From contig CAZYTL010000009.1 in the NCBI GenBank assembly GCA_964650355.1, positions 413 through 64,412 on the forward strand: a stretch of 64,000 bases of DNA, in the 5' to 3' direction. The stretch is from an uncultured Gammaproteobacteria bacterium. Its GTDB lineage: Bacteria > Patescibacteriota > Microgenomatia > CAYXHB01 > CAZYTL01. Position numbers and translations under genes: made by a program. Below are positions 18,686 through 28,272 of the stretch, piece after piece (the first letter of the stretch is position 1; each line of letters begins with the position of its first letter). Under the pieces are notes generated by a model. That model saw only the letters and a list, made by a program, of their open reading frames with translations. It was not told the origin of the DNA and ran no database searches.

Positions 18686-19053
18686 TTTTTAACTAATTGG
18701 TTAACAATTTTAACTATTTTTTCGCGAATTTGTCGGTCATCAACGCTGCGACTGCGGTTGTCTTGTGATGGACGGAGATTAATCATGGAGTCAAATTCAA
18801 GCCAATCAGCTCCTTTTAGGTCAGGATAAAGATTAATTCCCCATAAGTCCTGTTGCTGGGACCCCCTTTCAAGTAAAAACCCCTCCTCGTCCGCATGTAA
18901 ATCGGCGTCTATAACCATGATTCTTTTGTTCACATCGACCACGGCTTTTACCAGATCACCAAAGCGTTGTTTTGCGAGCTGCTTAAGTTCATTCAGGCTA
19001 ATTGGTTTGTCGATCAGTTTCATAATCAGAGTATAACATTTTATAATTGACAA
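18682..19053 (-). CDS. Hypothetical protein (123 aa), upstream gene of an overlapping pair
   Basis: Translationally coupled with the ORF at 18353; no recognisable motif. Confidence 0.5.
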   Translation of the reverse strand: MSIIKCYTLIMKLIDKPISLNELKQLAKQRFGDLVKAVVDVNKRIMVIDADLHADEEGFLLERGSQQQDLWGINLYPDLKGADWLEFDSMINLRPSQDNRSRSVDDRQIREKIVKIVNQLVKK

Positions 19054-19154
19054 TTTTTCAAGATGCGACTCTTTGATTATCGAAATTGCTTTTTACAGAT
19101 TGTTCATAATTACTTCACTTAATGAAATTGATTTGGTGGTATATAATTTAATTA

Positions 19155-19643
19155 ATGAAATTGCTTGCCCTACTGGTAATGCTTACGTTTTTGTTTTTGA
19201 GCACTTCGACGAGTTATGCTGACGTTCGCAATGTGGTCAGAATAAACAGTGATACAGATGGCGGGGATTCGAGTGTCAAGGTTAACATCAATAACCAGGT
19301 CAATACCAATAGCTCTTCAAATAGTAAAAGTGAGACTAATGTCTCCGTTCACCAATCCGGCGAAGGCCAGGCTAATGTGAAAATAAACGGCCAGGAGTAT
19401 AGCTTGGATGGTCCCGGAGATTTAAACGTTAATAAGACGGGGCCGACAAAGACAGACTTAACTCCCACGCCTACGGTGACCAAAACGGCTGAAGAAGATG
19501 GTTCAGGAGTGACAGAGAAACAGATAGAACAAGTCACTGATAGTACTTCACCTACTGTTCAGCTGGAGAGAATTAAAAACAAGATCGATCAACTGGTGCA
19601 ATTGATGCGTTCCTTAGTTAGTCGACTGGCCAATATCTTTTAA
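19155..19643 (+). CDS. Secreted low-complexity (Asn/Ser/Thr/Gly-rich) protein
   Basis: Signal peptide MKLLALLVMLTFLFLSTSTSYA; compositionally biased. Confidence 0.5.
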   Translation: MKLLALLVMLTFLFLSTSTSYADVRNVVRINSDTDGGDSSVKVNINNQVNTNSSSNSKSETNVSVHQSGEGQANVKINGQEYSLDGPGDLNVNKTGPTKTDLTPTPTVTKTAEEDGSGVTEKQIEQVTDSTSPTVQLERIKNKIDQLVQLMRSLVSRLANIF

Positions 19644-19698
19644 AGTTCATTTACTGGTATTGAGTCAGATGTTAATCTTGATGGTAGAATAGTTTTTA

Positions 19699-20487
19699 GT
19701 GTTGGGATCAGAAAGAAATTATATCTGGATAGGGATCTGTTTAGCCATTTTGGTGTCCTTGGTAAGCGATGCTGTTCTGTTCTATAAGTTTGTGAAGATT
19801 AAGCAGCAGGTTATTGATCAACCAAGAGCTCCCGTGAAGGTAACGCCACTCAGCAGGGTTCCGACTCCGATTTCTTCCCTCATTACTACTAAGTCTCCAA
19901 CCCCAACTCTAACTCTGTCTATTAAGCCCACAGCCACTCCGACTCAAACGCCAGCTAACAAGCCGGCAACATTAAATAAAGACGAAGGCAGCCAGCAATT
20001 TTACGTGACTTTTTACGGATGGCCTGATAATTCTCCTCCCGGGAATAAAATAGCCTATCCGAAAAGCCTATTTCCTGGCGCGATTCACGAGACTGCAGGA
20101 GGGTTGGGCACTTACCAAGACCCGATTACTTTTGCATCTGATCCGGAGAGAATATCTGTAGGTTCGATTTTTTATGCGCCTTATTTAAAGAAGTATATAG
20201 TGATGGAAGATTATTGTACCAGTTGTGTAAATCATTCCAGAGATCATTTGGATATCTGGATGGAAAGTCGAGATGAATTTGTAGATCAGTTGTTCAACTG
20301 CCAGGGAAGAAGGACCAGAAGATCTGTTGAAATAATAACTTCTCCGAGTAACCATCTGCCCGTCGATCCCAGGCCGTTGTTTAATTTGTCCACTGGGGAG
20401 TGCTTGCAAGTTAGCGGCATTTTATCAGTCTACAGGTTTGAGTTTGTAACTCTAAATTTTATGCTTCTGCATAATGGAATAAATTAG
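19699..20487 (+). CDS. Membrane-anchored protein with Pro/Thr linker and C-terminal globular domain (possible DPBB/3D-like fold), hypothetical
   Basis: TM IWIGICLAILVSLV; linker PTPISSLITTKSPTPTLTL; C-terminal domain has no clear motif. Confidence 0.5.
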   Translation: MLGSERNYIWIGICLAILVSLVSDAVLFYKFVKIKQQVIDQPRAPVKVTPLSRVPTPISSLITTKSPTPTLTLSIKPTATPTQTPANKPATLNKDEGSQQFYVTFYGWPDNSPPGNKIAYPKSLFPGAIHETAGGLGTYQDPITFASDPERISVGSIFYAPYLKKYIVMEDYCTSCVNHSRDHLDIWMESRDEFVDQLFNCQGRRTRRSVEIITSPSNHLPVDPRPLFNLSTGECLQVSGILSVYRFEFVTLNFMLLHNGIN

Positions 20488-20498
20488 GTTACTGGCCT

Positions 20499-20528
20499 TA
20501 TGAAAGTAATTGTGGATAATGACACTTC
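20499..20528 (-). repeat. ~30-nt duplicate of the secA 3' end (encodes KCHYPQLLS*), downstream of the PlsC-like gene
   Basis: TTGTGGATAATGACACTT is identical at 20508-20525 and 21512-21529, and the flanks are similar; the reverse complement reads aag tgt cat tat cca caa tta ctt tca taa. Confidence 0.6.
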
Positions 20529-20547
20529 TGAAACAGGGAGTTAAATT

Positions 20548-21357
20548 TTACTTATCATTTTTCCCGAATGATATACTTGCGTATCTACCTTCTATTTCTT
20601 GCGTGAGGATCTTTCTAGAAATATTTCCGTCTAGCCCATCAGCCACACCTCTAAGTGAGATGGGGGGGCTGACATGAACTGTGACATTTTTTGGCGTAAA
20701 GAGTTTATTTCCGTAATTTCCGTCTCCATCAAAAGACACAAATTGGATATATGCGTCTTCGCCTTTTCTAAGTTCGGTAAGTACTTTTTCAGACAAAAAT
20801 CCAATTCCACTAGACCACCTTTTATCTTCAGGTTCAAAAACTGCGACATTATCACCTGATGCAACGAATTTCGCGGCGATAATGAGCGCTACCCTGTTTC
20901 TCTTTATCATCTCTAGTAAGCTGCCAGAGGGTAAGGCTTTTTCAATCATCTTACCACCTATTTTATCTATACGCTTCAGCCCATCATACCGACTTTGGTC
21001 GTATTTTATTCCAACCGGTATCATATGTGGTTTCAGATAATCTGGAACAATGGCTAAAAATTCCTCTCTTCCTATCATTCTCAAACGCGAAGCGTTTTCG
21101 CCTGCTGTTGCTACTAAAACAAAAGGGTCTAGTCGCCAAGAGGGATGGTTAGCAACGAAAATGGTTCTACCTTCATTTAATGTTCCTTCGACATTTATAC
21201 GGGTTTTAAGTCTACCAAGGACAATTTTACTTATCTCGTTTAAAGATTTATCTTTAAGTCTTGAAGTTGCCCAGCCTGAAATCCTAATGATGGTAGGAGA
21301 ATACCGATCTGTAACCTGGTGCTGTAAGTTTAATAAACTTTTTTCTACCTCGGACAT
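20548..21357 (-). CDS. Lysophospholipid (1-acylglycerol-3-phosphate) acyltransferase, PlsC family
   Basis: HX4D motif FVANHPSWRLDP and downstream acyltransferase blocks. Confidence 0.7.
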   Translation of the reverse strand: MSEVEKSLLNLQHQVTDRYSPTIIRISGWATSRLKDKSLNEISKIVLGRLKTRINVEGTLNEGRTIFVANHPSWRLDPFVLVATAGENASRLRMIGREEFLAIVPDYLKPHMIPVGIKYDQSRYDGLKRIDKIGGKMIEKALPSGSLLEMIKRNRVALIIAAKFVASGDNVAVFEPEDKRWSSGIGFLSEKVLTELRKGEDAYIQFVSFDGDGNYGNKLFTPKNVTVHVSPPISLRGVADGLDGNISRKILTQEIEGRYASISFGKNDK

Positions 21358-21499
21358 TAAATTGTTTTTACAGTTATTCTTAGTTATTTGTTTTTAAATT
21401 AACCTAAATACAGGTGATATTTAAGTCAGAGGCAGATTATGATTTATTTATGAGGGCAGTTGGGGATAGTGGCCCGGCCAGAGGCGGATCATTAACTCT

Positions 21500-24340
21500 T
21501 TATGATGGAAGTTGTGGATAATGACACTTTTTCCACTTTTTGCCTGAGCCGCACCAGCAGGGGTCGTTGCGGCCGATTTTTTTGGTGACCACGGTTTGCT
21601 GGGAACCTTTGTGTGAAGTTTTGCTTGGGTCTGAGGAGGCTCTGACCCCGGACATGGCAGAAGCAAAGGATGAGAGATCGGTTTTCGGTTGTCTGCGGCC
21701 GGTTTCCGGTTGCTTTTTAACAGGACCTTGACTAGGCTGTGCGGGGGCTTGTTCTGCTTGTTCGGCAAGATCAAGGCTTTCGTGTACGGTTTGGGCTTGG
21801 TCAAGAGAGAGGGCAGGTTGAGGGATCTGCAATTGGATTTGGGTGCGGAGAATGCGGCGGATGAGTTGATAATCAATCTGGCTCATCAAGCGTTCAAACA
21901 TGGAAAAAGCTTCTTGTTTGTATTCATTTAAGGGATCTCTTTGGCCGTAACCTCTTAAACCAATACCTTCCCGCAAATCATCAATAGCATCCAGGTGGTC
22001 CATCCACAAACGGTCAATGACGGAACGCTGGGTGGCGCGTTCCATCTGGCGCATGATTTCAGGAGAGACTTCTTTTTCTTTTTCTTCGTAGGCCTTTTCG
22101 ACTTGACTGAACAGCTCTTGTTTGACTTCTTGAGCTTCGGGTTGGGATTCGATGAGGTCGCGAACTTGGTCCATTTGTTGATGGTCCATGGGCATCAGTT
22201 CGGCCACGGTGGTAACTAGCTGGTCGATTTCTTTGGCCACAAATCCCTGCGGGGCATAAAGGGTGACCATTTGGTCGATTTCGTTTTGGGCTTTTTCTAG
22301 TATTTCGGGTTTGAATTCAACTTCCTCCAAGGTGCGTTGACGCAAATCATAGATGATCTCCCGTTGTTTGTTCATGACGTCATCGTATTCAACTAAGTGT
22401 TTGCGCTGGTCAAAATGGAAGCCTTCGACTTTAACCTGAGCCTGTTCGATTGATTTAGAGACCAGGTTTGATTCAATGGGTTGATCTTCCGGCAGTTTCA
22501 AAGCAGTCATCAGGTTGGCGATTTGTTCTCCGCCGAACAGGCGCATGATGTCGTCGTTTAAAGCCACGTAAAAGCGGCTGGCGCCGTGGTCTCCCTGTCT
22601 GCCTGACCGGCCGCGGAGCTGGTTGTCAATCCGACGGGATTCGTGGCGCTCAGTGCCGACTACCATTAATCCACCGGCTTCGATGACCTGGTCGTGTTTT
22701 TTTTGCCATTGCTGGAGATCTTTTTCGTATTGGGTTTGGGCTTTTTTGGTTTTGTCCTTAGGTTGCTCTGGTTTGGCCCCTCCCAAGACGATATCCACTC
22801 CCCGACCGGCAATATTGGTAGCCACGGTCACGGCTCCGGGTGCGCCTGCCTGGGCGATGATGGCGGCTTCTTTTTCATGGTTTTTAGCGTTTAATACCTG
22901 GTGCGGGACGCCCTTGTGTTTGAGTAATTCAGCAACGATTTCGTTTTTCTCAATTGACGTGGTGCCGACCAACACGGGCTGGCCTTTCTGGTGGAGTTCC
23001 GCTATTTGATTAGCAATAGCCCCGTATTTGGCCCGGGTGGTTTTGTAAACGACATCCGCATTGTCCTGGCGGACTACTGGTTTGTTGGTGGGGACGACCA
23101 CCACTTCCAATTCATAAATTTTGCGAAATTCTTCGGCTTCGGTGGCGGCAGTACCGGTCATGCCGGCCAGTTTCTGGTACATGCGGAAGTAATTCTGCAG
23201 TGAGATGGTGGCTAAAGTGCGGGATTCCTGTTGGATTTTGACTCCTTCTTTGGCCTCGACGGCCTGATGCATGCCTTCTGACCAACGCCGGCCAGGCATA
23301 AGCCTGCCGGTAAATTCATCAACGATCACGATTTGGTCGTCTTTGACAATGTATTCACGGTCTCGTAAATACAAGGTTTTTGCTCGCAAGGCATTTTCTA
23401 TGTGGTGAATAGTATCAAAATCTTTTTCGTAAAGGTTGTCTACTCCCAGAATTTTTTCCACTTTGCGAATGCCATGTTCGGTTAAGGCCGCGGATTTAAG
23501 TTTTTCATCTATGGTGTAGTCCGTATCACTGGAAAGACGGTTAACCAGTTGGTTGAATTGCAGGTATTTGTCAGTGGGTTCGGTATCAGGCATGGAAATA
23601 ATCAACGGAGTGCGAGCTTCGTCAACGAGAATGGAATCGACCTCGTCAACAATGGCAAAGTGGTGACCACGTTGGTTTTGGCGTTCAGGAGATTGGGCCA
23701 TGTTGTCGCGCAGGTAATCGAACCCGAATTCGGTATTGGTACCGTAGATGATGTCAGTTTCGTAAGCTTCTTTTCTGGTCACGGCTTTCAGGTGGCGCAG
23801 GCGTTCGTCATCGTGTTCCGGCTCAGTGTATTCAGGATCATAAAGCAAACCTCTGAGTCCCGGATCCTGGATGACTACGGCCACGGACATGCCCAGTAAA
23901 TTTAATACGGGACCGTTCCAACCAGCGTCCCGGCGGGCCAGGTAGTCGTTGACGGTCACCAAATGGCAGCCATTACCCTTAAGGGCATTCAAATACAAGG
24001 CCGGGATGGCAGAAAAAGTTTTACCTTCCCCTGTTTTCTGTTCAGCGATTTTGCCTTCATGAAGAGCAATGGCGGCAATCATCTGCACGTCGTACTGTCG
24101 GATGTCAATGGTTCTGTGGGAGGCTTCCCGGACCAAAGCAAAGGCTTCCGGCAGAATGTCGTCCAAGCTATCCCCTCTTTCCAGACGAAGTTTAAAGTCG
24201 GCTGTTTGGGCGGCAAAATCTTCCTGTTTGAGTTTTTCCATTTGCGGCTCCAGAGCATTGATTTGCTCCACGATTTTTTGCAACCGATTGAGTTCTTTTT
24301 GGTTGGTATCCAGTAATTTTTTAATGATATCGAATGCCAT
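21500..24340 (-). CDS. secA: Preprotein translocase ATPase SecA
   Basis: 946 aa; DEAD-motor motifs (MKTGEGKT, LVDEARTPLIIS, TNIAGRGVDI) and C-terminal zinc-binding tail CWCGSGKKWKKCH. Confidence 0.95.
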   Translation of the reverse strand: MAFDIIKKLLDTNQKELNRLQKIVEQINALEPQMEKLKQEDFAAQTADFKLRLERGDSLDDILPEAFALVREASHRTIDIRQYDVQMIAAIALHEGKIAEQKTGEGKTFSAIPALYLNALKGNGCHLVTVNDYLARRDAGWNGPVLNLLGMSVAVVIQDPGLRGLLYDPEYTEPEHDDERLRHLKAVTRKEAYETDIIYGTNTEFGFDYLRDNMAQSPERQNQRGHHFAIVDEVDSILVDEARTPLIISMPDTEPTDKYLQFNQLVNRLSSDTDYTIDEKLKSAALTEHGIRKVEKILGVDNLYEKDFDTIHHIENALRAKTLYLRDREYIVKDDQIVIVDEFTGRLMPGRRWSEGMHQAVEAKEGVKIQQESRTLATISLQNYFRMYQKLAGMTGTAATEAEEFRKIYELEVVVVPTNKPVVRQDNADVVYKTTRAKYGAIANQIAELHQKGQPVLVGTTSIEKNEIVAELLKHKGVPHQVLNAKNHEKEAAIIAQAGAPGAVTVATNIAGRGVDIVLGGAKPEQPKDKTKKAQTQYEKDLQQWQKKHDQVIEAGGLMVVGTERHESRRIDNQLRGRSGRQGDHGASRFYVALNDDIMRLFGGEQIANLMTALKLPEDQPIESNLVSKSIEQAQVKVEGFHFDQRKHLVEYDDVMNKQREIIYDLRQRTLEEVEFKPEILEKAQNEIDQMVTLYAPQGFVAKEIDQLVTTVAELMPMDHQQMDQVRDLIESQPEAQEVKQELFSQVEKAYEEKEKEVSPEIMRQMERATQRSVIDRLWMDHLDAIDDLREGIGLRGYGQRDPLNEYKQEAFSMFERLMSQIDYQLIRRILRTQIQLQIPQPALSLDQAQTVHESLDLAEQAEQAPAQPSQGPVKKQPETGRRQPKTDLSSFASAMSGVRASSDPSKTSHKGSQQTVVTKKIGRNDPCWCGSGKKWKKCHYPQLPS

Positions 24341-24467
24341 GGTAAATGGTTAATCACGAATTTACTCGACTGTAAAACGAATAAGCACGAATGTCCAAAT
24401 AATGATTGGTAGCTAACAGTCAGATTATACTCGAGAAGTGCAGTTTAGAACAGGGTAGGAACCTTTC

Positions 24468-25100
24468 TTAACCCAAAAACAGCTTACGGAGTTCAGCCAT
24501 TTTTTCGGGGACATATTTGGCCTCTAAAAAGTCATTCCTTATTTCTATTTCCTGGAAATTTTTTTGTAAGATCATTTCGGAAAATTGGTCAAAAGAAACC
24601 GCTTTGATGGTGATTTTCTCACCCTGATCGGGTTGGGGAGGACCAACTTTAATGCAACCTTTGGCAATAAATGTGTAAACTACCCAATCGAATTTGGTTG
24701 AGGGGTAAAAGGCATGCCAAAGGTGAAAAGATTTTGCCCGATAGCCTGTTTCTTCTAACAATTCCCGTTGAGCAGCTTCCAAAACCTGTTCGTCTTTCTC
24801 AATTCTGCCCACAGCAATTCCCCAATAGGGTTGTCTGCCGGGTTGCTTTTGATGGGTAACCACAATTTTATTGTCAACGGTTACCGGAATAATGGCGGAG
24901 GAATCGTTTCTTTTTAACTTTTCAAAAGTCTGGTAGCTGCCATCGTACATTTTCTGCTGCCATTGGTAAACTTCAAAAATCACCCCTTTGAAGACGCGCT
25001 TGGCATGGGGGGGAATGGGTTGTTTGGACCGAGGACGATTAATGGTCACTTTTTCCACAGGTTTTTCCATTCTTTGGAGTACTCTTTGGCTAAGACCCAA
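24468..25100 (-). CDS. Nudix hydrolase (ADP-ribose pyrophosphatase-like)
   Basis: Nudix box GRIEKDEQVLEAAQRELLEETGY. Confidence 0.75.
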   Translation of the reverse strand: MGLSQRVLQRMEKPVEKVTINRPRSKQPIPPHAKRVFKGVIFEVYQWQQKMYDGSYQTFEKLKRNDSSAIIPVTVDNKIVVTHQKQPGRQPYWGIAVGRIEKDEQVLEAAQRELLEETGYRAKSFHLWHAFYPSTKFDWVVYTFIAKGCIKVGPPQPDQGEKITIKAVSFDQFSEMILQKNFQEIEIRNDFLEAKYVPEKMAELRKLFLG

Positions 25101-25585
25101 ATAACTACTAAATCTAACAATGCAATCAATAGCCGGGCTCCCAGGCTGGATTGATAATAGCGGATAGTGATTTTAGCCCGGTAGGGCGTGCCCTGAAAAG
25201 CGATCTGGTCGTCCTCAGGTCCGGGTTCGTAGCCATTGACATACAATGATTCGCGAAACGGATAAACGATTTCTTCCAGATAGTTGCTCAAGGTTTGATC
25301 CGCAATATAGGTAAAAGCATCTTCTGGAGGATAATTCAATCGATACGAAGGGATGAAGGCAAAAATGCCGGGATGCCTGAATTGTTGCTGGTAATAGGCC
25401 ATGACTTGCTGGCGGGACAGATTGGTAAAGTAGGCGCGGAAATGGTCCGGATCCCGTAAGTCTCCTGGTTCTTGAGACTGAGGGGAATCAGGCAGGGGGT
25501 CAGGAAAGCGAGGTGCCGGAATGAGGAGATAGAGGAAAAAGAGGCCAACAATAATGATGAGGATAATGCGGAAGATTTTGGACAT
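25046..25585 (-). CDS. Membrane-anchored hypothetical protein
   Basis: N-terminal TM FRIILIIIVGLFFLYLLI; overlaps the 5' end of the Nudix gene by ~55 nt, so one of the two starts may be mis-set. Confidence 0.45.
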   Translation of the reverse strand: MSKIFRIILIIIVGLFFLYLLIPAPRFPDPLPDSPQSQEPGDLRDPDHFRAYFTNLSRQQVMAYYQQQFRHPGIFAFIPSYRLNYPPEDAFTYIADQTLSNYLEEIVYPFRESLYVNGYEPGPEDDQIAFQGTPYRAKITIRYYQSSLGARLLIALLDLVVIWVLAKEYSKEWKNLWKK

Positions 25586-25641
25586 AGTAATCTTGTTAAA
25601 CGGTTAATTTCTCTTTACTTAGTATAGTATGATTATATTAC

Positions 25642-26733
25642 ATGATAAAACCGGAATTAATCGCAGAATTTAAACGCCAACTACCTGAAAATCAGTTGAA
25701 ACTGAATGAGCCGTTAGCTCCTTACACCACGCTAAAGATCGGCGGCCCGGCGGAATTGTTTTTCGTTGCCCGTTCGGGAGAAGAATTAGCGAAAGCCGTA
25801 AAGTTGGCACGAAAATTAAAGATAGATTGGGTGGTATTAGGCGGAGGAAGTAATGTATTAATTTCCGACCACGGATTTAAAGGTCTGGTGATTATAAATC
25901 AGACAAAAGAGATTGAAATTGTTGGTGAATCACCTGAAACAAAGGCTCAGGGATCCAAAGCCAGTGAAGTGGACAGACACGAACATGCGGTGGTTAAAGG
26001 CAAAGATTATGCGATTAAGTTTGATGATCTGGATTATGATGAATCGCATTTACCCGGAATGCTGGTGAAAGTGGATTCGGGGGTCAATCTCAGTTATTTA
26101 ATCAGTTGGGCTCTGGCGCACGGGTTAACTGGGTTGCAATGGTTCAACCGGATTCCCGGAACAGTAGGCGGAGCCGTGTTCAATAATATCCATGGCGGGG
26201 CCCACTATTTGGAAGAGTTGATTCAAGAGGTTCAGGTTTTGACTGAAGCGGGTAAATTAAAGAATTTGTCAAAAGCCGATTTGGGACTGGGATATGACAA
26301 AACGAGATTTCACGGAACTAAAGATATTATTCTTGGAGTGATTTTAAGGTTATACAAAGGAGATGTGGAAAGAGCCAAAAAGATAGCGATGGAGTGGGCA
26401 ACCAGGAAAGCAGTGCAACCAAGAAATTCCGCCGGATGTACTTTTAAGAATATCTCTCAGGCAGATCGAGAAAAACTCGGTTATCCCACCACCAGTATCG
26501 GATATATTATTGAGTGGGTGCTGAAATGGACCAATAAAAAAATCGGCGATGCCAGAATTTACGATAAGCATCATGCGTTTATTGTCAACGACGGACACGC
26601 CACGGCAGAGGATGTACTCACTTTAATTAAACAAATTAAAGCGGAAACGAAGAAAAAGACCGGAGTGGATATCGAACCAGAAATTTTCTTTGTGGGATTT
26701 GATGAAGAGGAATTAAAAGGAGTAACCCATTAA
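25642..26733 (+). CDS. murB: UDP-N-acetylenolpyruvoylglucosamine reductase
   Basis: FAD-binding N-terminus LAPYTTLKIGGPAELFF...VLGGGSNVL; C-terminal MurB domain with an internal insertion. Confidence 0.85.
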   Translation: MIKPELIAEFKRQLPENQLKLNEPLAPYTTLKIGGPAELFFVARSGEELAKAVKLARKLKIDWVVLGGGSNVLISDHGFKGLVIINQTKEIEIVGESPETKAQGSKASEVDRHEHAVVKGKDYAIKFDDLDYDESHLPGMLVKVDSGVNLSYLISWALAHGLTGLQWFNRIPGTVGGAVFNNIHGGAHYLEELIQEVQVLTEAGKLKNLSKADLGLGYDKTRFHGTKDIILGVILRLYKGDVERAKKIAMEWATRKAVQPRNSAGCTFKNISQADREKLGYPTTSIGYIIEWVLKWTNKKIGDARIYDKHHAFIVNDGHATAEDVLTLIKQIKAETKKKTGVDIEPEIFFVGFDEEELKGVTH

Positions 26734-26741
26734 GTTTAACG

Positions 26742-28049
26742 ATGAGTAAACGGATAATTATCAATGGCCCGAGTAAATTAAAAGGAGAAGTTCATGTTCA
26801 GGGGGCCAAGAATTCGGCCATGAAACTGGTTCTCCTGCCATTATTAACCAATGACAGGTTTGTCTTAAAAAATATTCCCCAGATAGGAAGCATTCACAAC
26901 CTGCTGAAAATTGTCCAACTTCAGGGGGCCAGCATTAACTGGACTGACGATCACACGGTAGAAATTGACACTCGAAAGGTTAAGCAACCTCAGACTATTC
27001 CTGCGGATTTGTTCTATTACACCAGCGCGGCGGTCTTTTTCTTCCCGATTCTAGCTTCTCGGTTTGGCAAATGTAGAGTGGAAGTGGTCTCGAAACGCCA
27101 AGATACTGGAGGGGATCAACTCGGCACCCGGACCTTTGATCGAATTTTTAATGATTTGAATAACATGGGATTTAAAATTACTCAGAGAAAAAATTTAATT
27201 GAGGTCAGATTAGTATCAGATAAACCCTTTGTTTACGATGTTCCGGTGGCATCTTTTTCCTCCAGTGTAATTGCGGTGATTTGCGCGCTATTCAAGGATG
27301 GACAAAGCCGAATCACTAATGTATCTGGCGAGGCTGAATTTGATGACATGGTAAATTTCTTAATTGCTGCCGGAGCAAAGATAAAGAAGCATAATGATCA
27401 ATTAACTATTAAGGGAAAATCCTCTCTTAAAGGTATTAAATACGAAAATATGCCGGACAGACATGACTTTGTCACCTGGTTGAGTGCGGCTTTGACTACT
27501 AATTCCAGACTAAAAATTACTGGGGTAAATTATCAAAAAATGAAACTTGATGCTCTGGACTCTGTTGCCCGACAAATGGGATTGGCGTTGAAATTTCATA
27601 AAGATGAATGTGTGATTCGACCGCAACTAAAACGACTCAATCCGGTGAGTATGATCGCCGGGATTTATCCAGAGTTTATTACGGAATGGCAAGTATTGTT
27701 TGCTCCATTGCTAACCCAAATTAAAGGCACCTCTCGAGTGGTGGAGTGCGTTTACGAAAATCGTCTGTCTCACTGGGAGGAGCTTAAAAAAATGGGAGCC
27801 GAAGTTGAATATTTTTTCTATCCGAATATGCAACCCAATCCGCGTGCGGTGAGGATTAAAGGGCCTCAAAGTCTTAAGGGCGCAAAAGTTGATGCACGGG
27901 ACGTGCGCACTGGAGCAGCTCTGGTGATTGCTGGTTTGGCCAGCCACGGAACAACTACGATCGAGAATGTCGACCATATTCACAGGGGATACGAACGCCT
28001 GGTGGAGAGGATCCAAGGCTTAGGCGGAGATATCAAATACTCAGATTAA
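26742..28049 (+). CDS. murA: UDP-N-acetylglucosamine 1-carboxyvinyltransferase
   Basis: IINGPSKLKGEVHVQGAKNSAMKLV N-terminus; EPT fold length ~435 aa. Confidence 0.9.
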   Translation: MSKRIIINGPSKLKGEVHVQGAKNSAMKLVLLPLLTNDRFVLKNIPQIGSIHNLLKIVQLQGASINWTDDHTVEIDTRKVKQPQTIPADLFYYTSAAVFFFPILASRFGKCRVEVVSKRQDTGGDQLGTRTFDRIFNDLNNMGFKITQRKNLIEVRLVSDKPFVYDVPVASFSSSVIAVICALFKDGQSRITNVSGEAEFDDMVNFLIAAGAKIKKHNDQLTIKGKSSLKGIKYENMPDRHDFVTWLSAALTTNSRLKITGVNYQKMKLDALDSVARQMGLALKFHKDECVIRPQLKRLNPVSMIAGIYPEFITEWQVLFAPLLTQIKGTSRVVECVYENRLSHWEELKKMGAEVEYFFYPNMQPNPRAVRIKGPQSLKGAKVDARDVRTGAALVIAGLASHGTTTIENVDHIHRGYERLVERIQGLGGDIKYSD

Positions 28050-28130
28050 AAGGGATGGTGTATCCTATTGATATAATGAGCAGTGGGCAACAGAAACGCA
28101 GGTCACAGACATTGTAGGGCTGAAAAATAG

Positions 28131-28203
28131 GATGAGGGTTGGGTTTGAAACAATCAAGACAAAGATATTCCTATTTACCTGAAGTGAAAACGTCTTCTAT
28201 ACC
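28131..28203 (+). pseudogene. ~60-70-nt fragment homologous to an internal region of ftsW (29817-29885)
   Basis: gggttgggtttgaaacaatcaagacaaagatattcctatttacctgaagtga vs ggtttgggtttaggacaatcaagacaaaagtattcttatttacccgaagtga in ftsW; translates GLGLKQSRQRYSYLPEVKT vs GLGLGQSRQKYSYLPEVTT. Confidence 0.55.
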
Positions 28204-28272
28204 TGAATAATAATATTAAGTAAGGACGAGATCGTTGCCAACAAATACTGAAATCGACTATACTCCTCAATT

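Noticed and set aside
21448-24357. Numerous 60-140-aa ORFs antisense or out of frame within secA (e.g. 21448-21876, 22623-23009, 23549-23899, 23963-24316, 24079-24357)
   Set aside because: All are nested inside the 946-aa SecA reading frame, which has unmistakable motor and zinc-tail motifs. These are typical shadow ORFs of a long GC-skewed gene.
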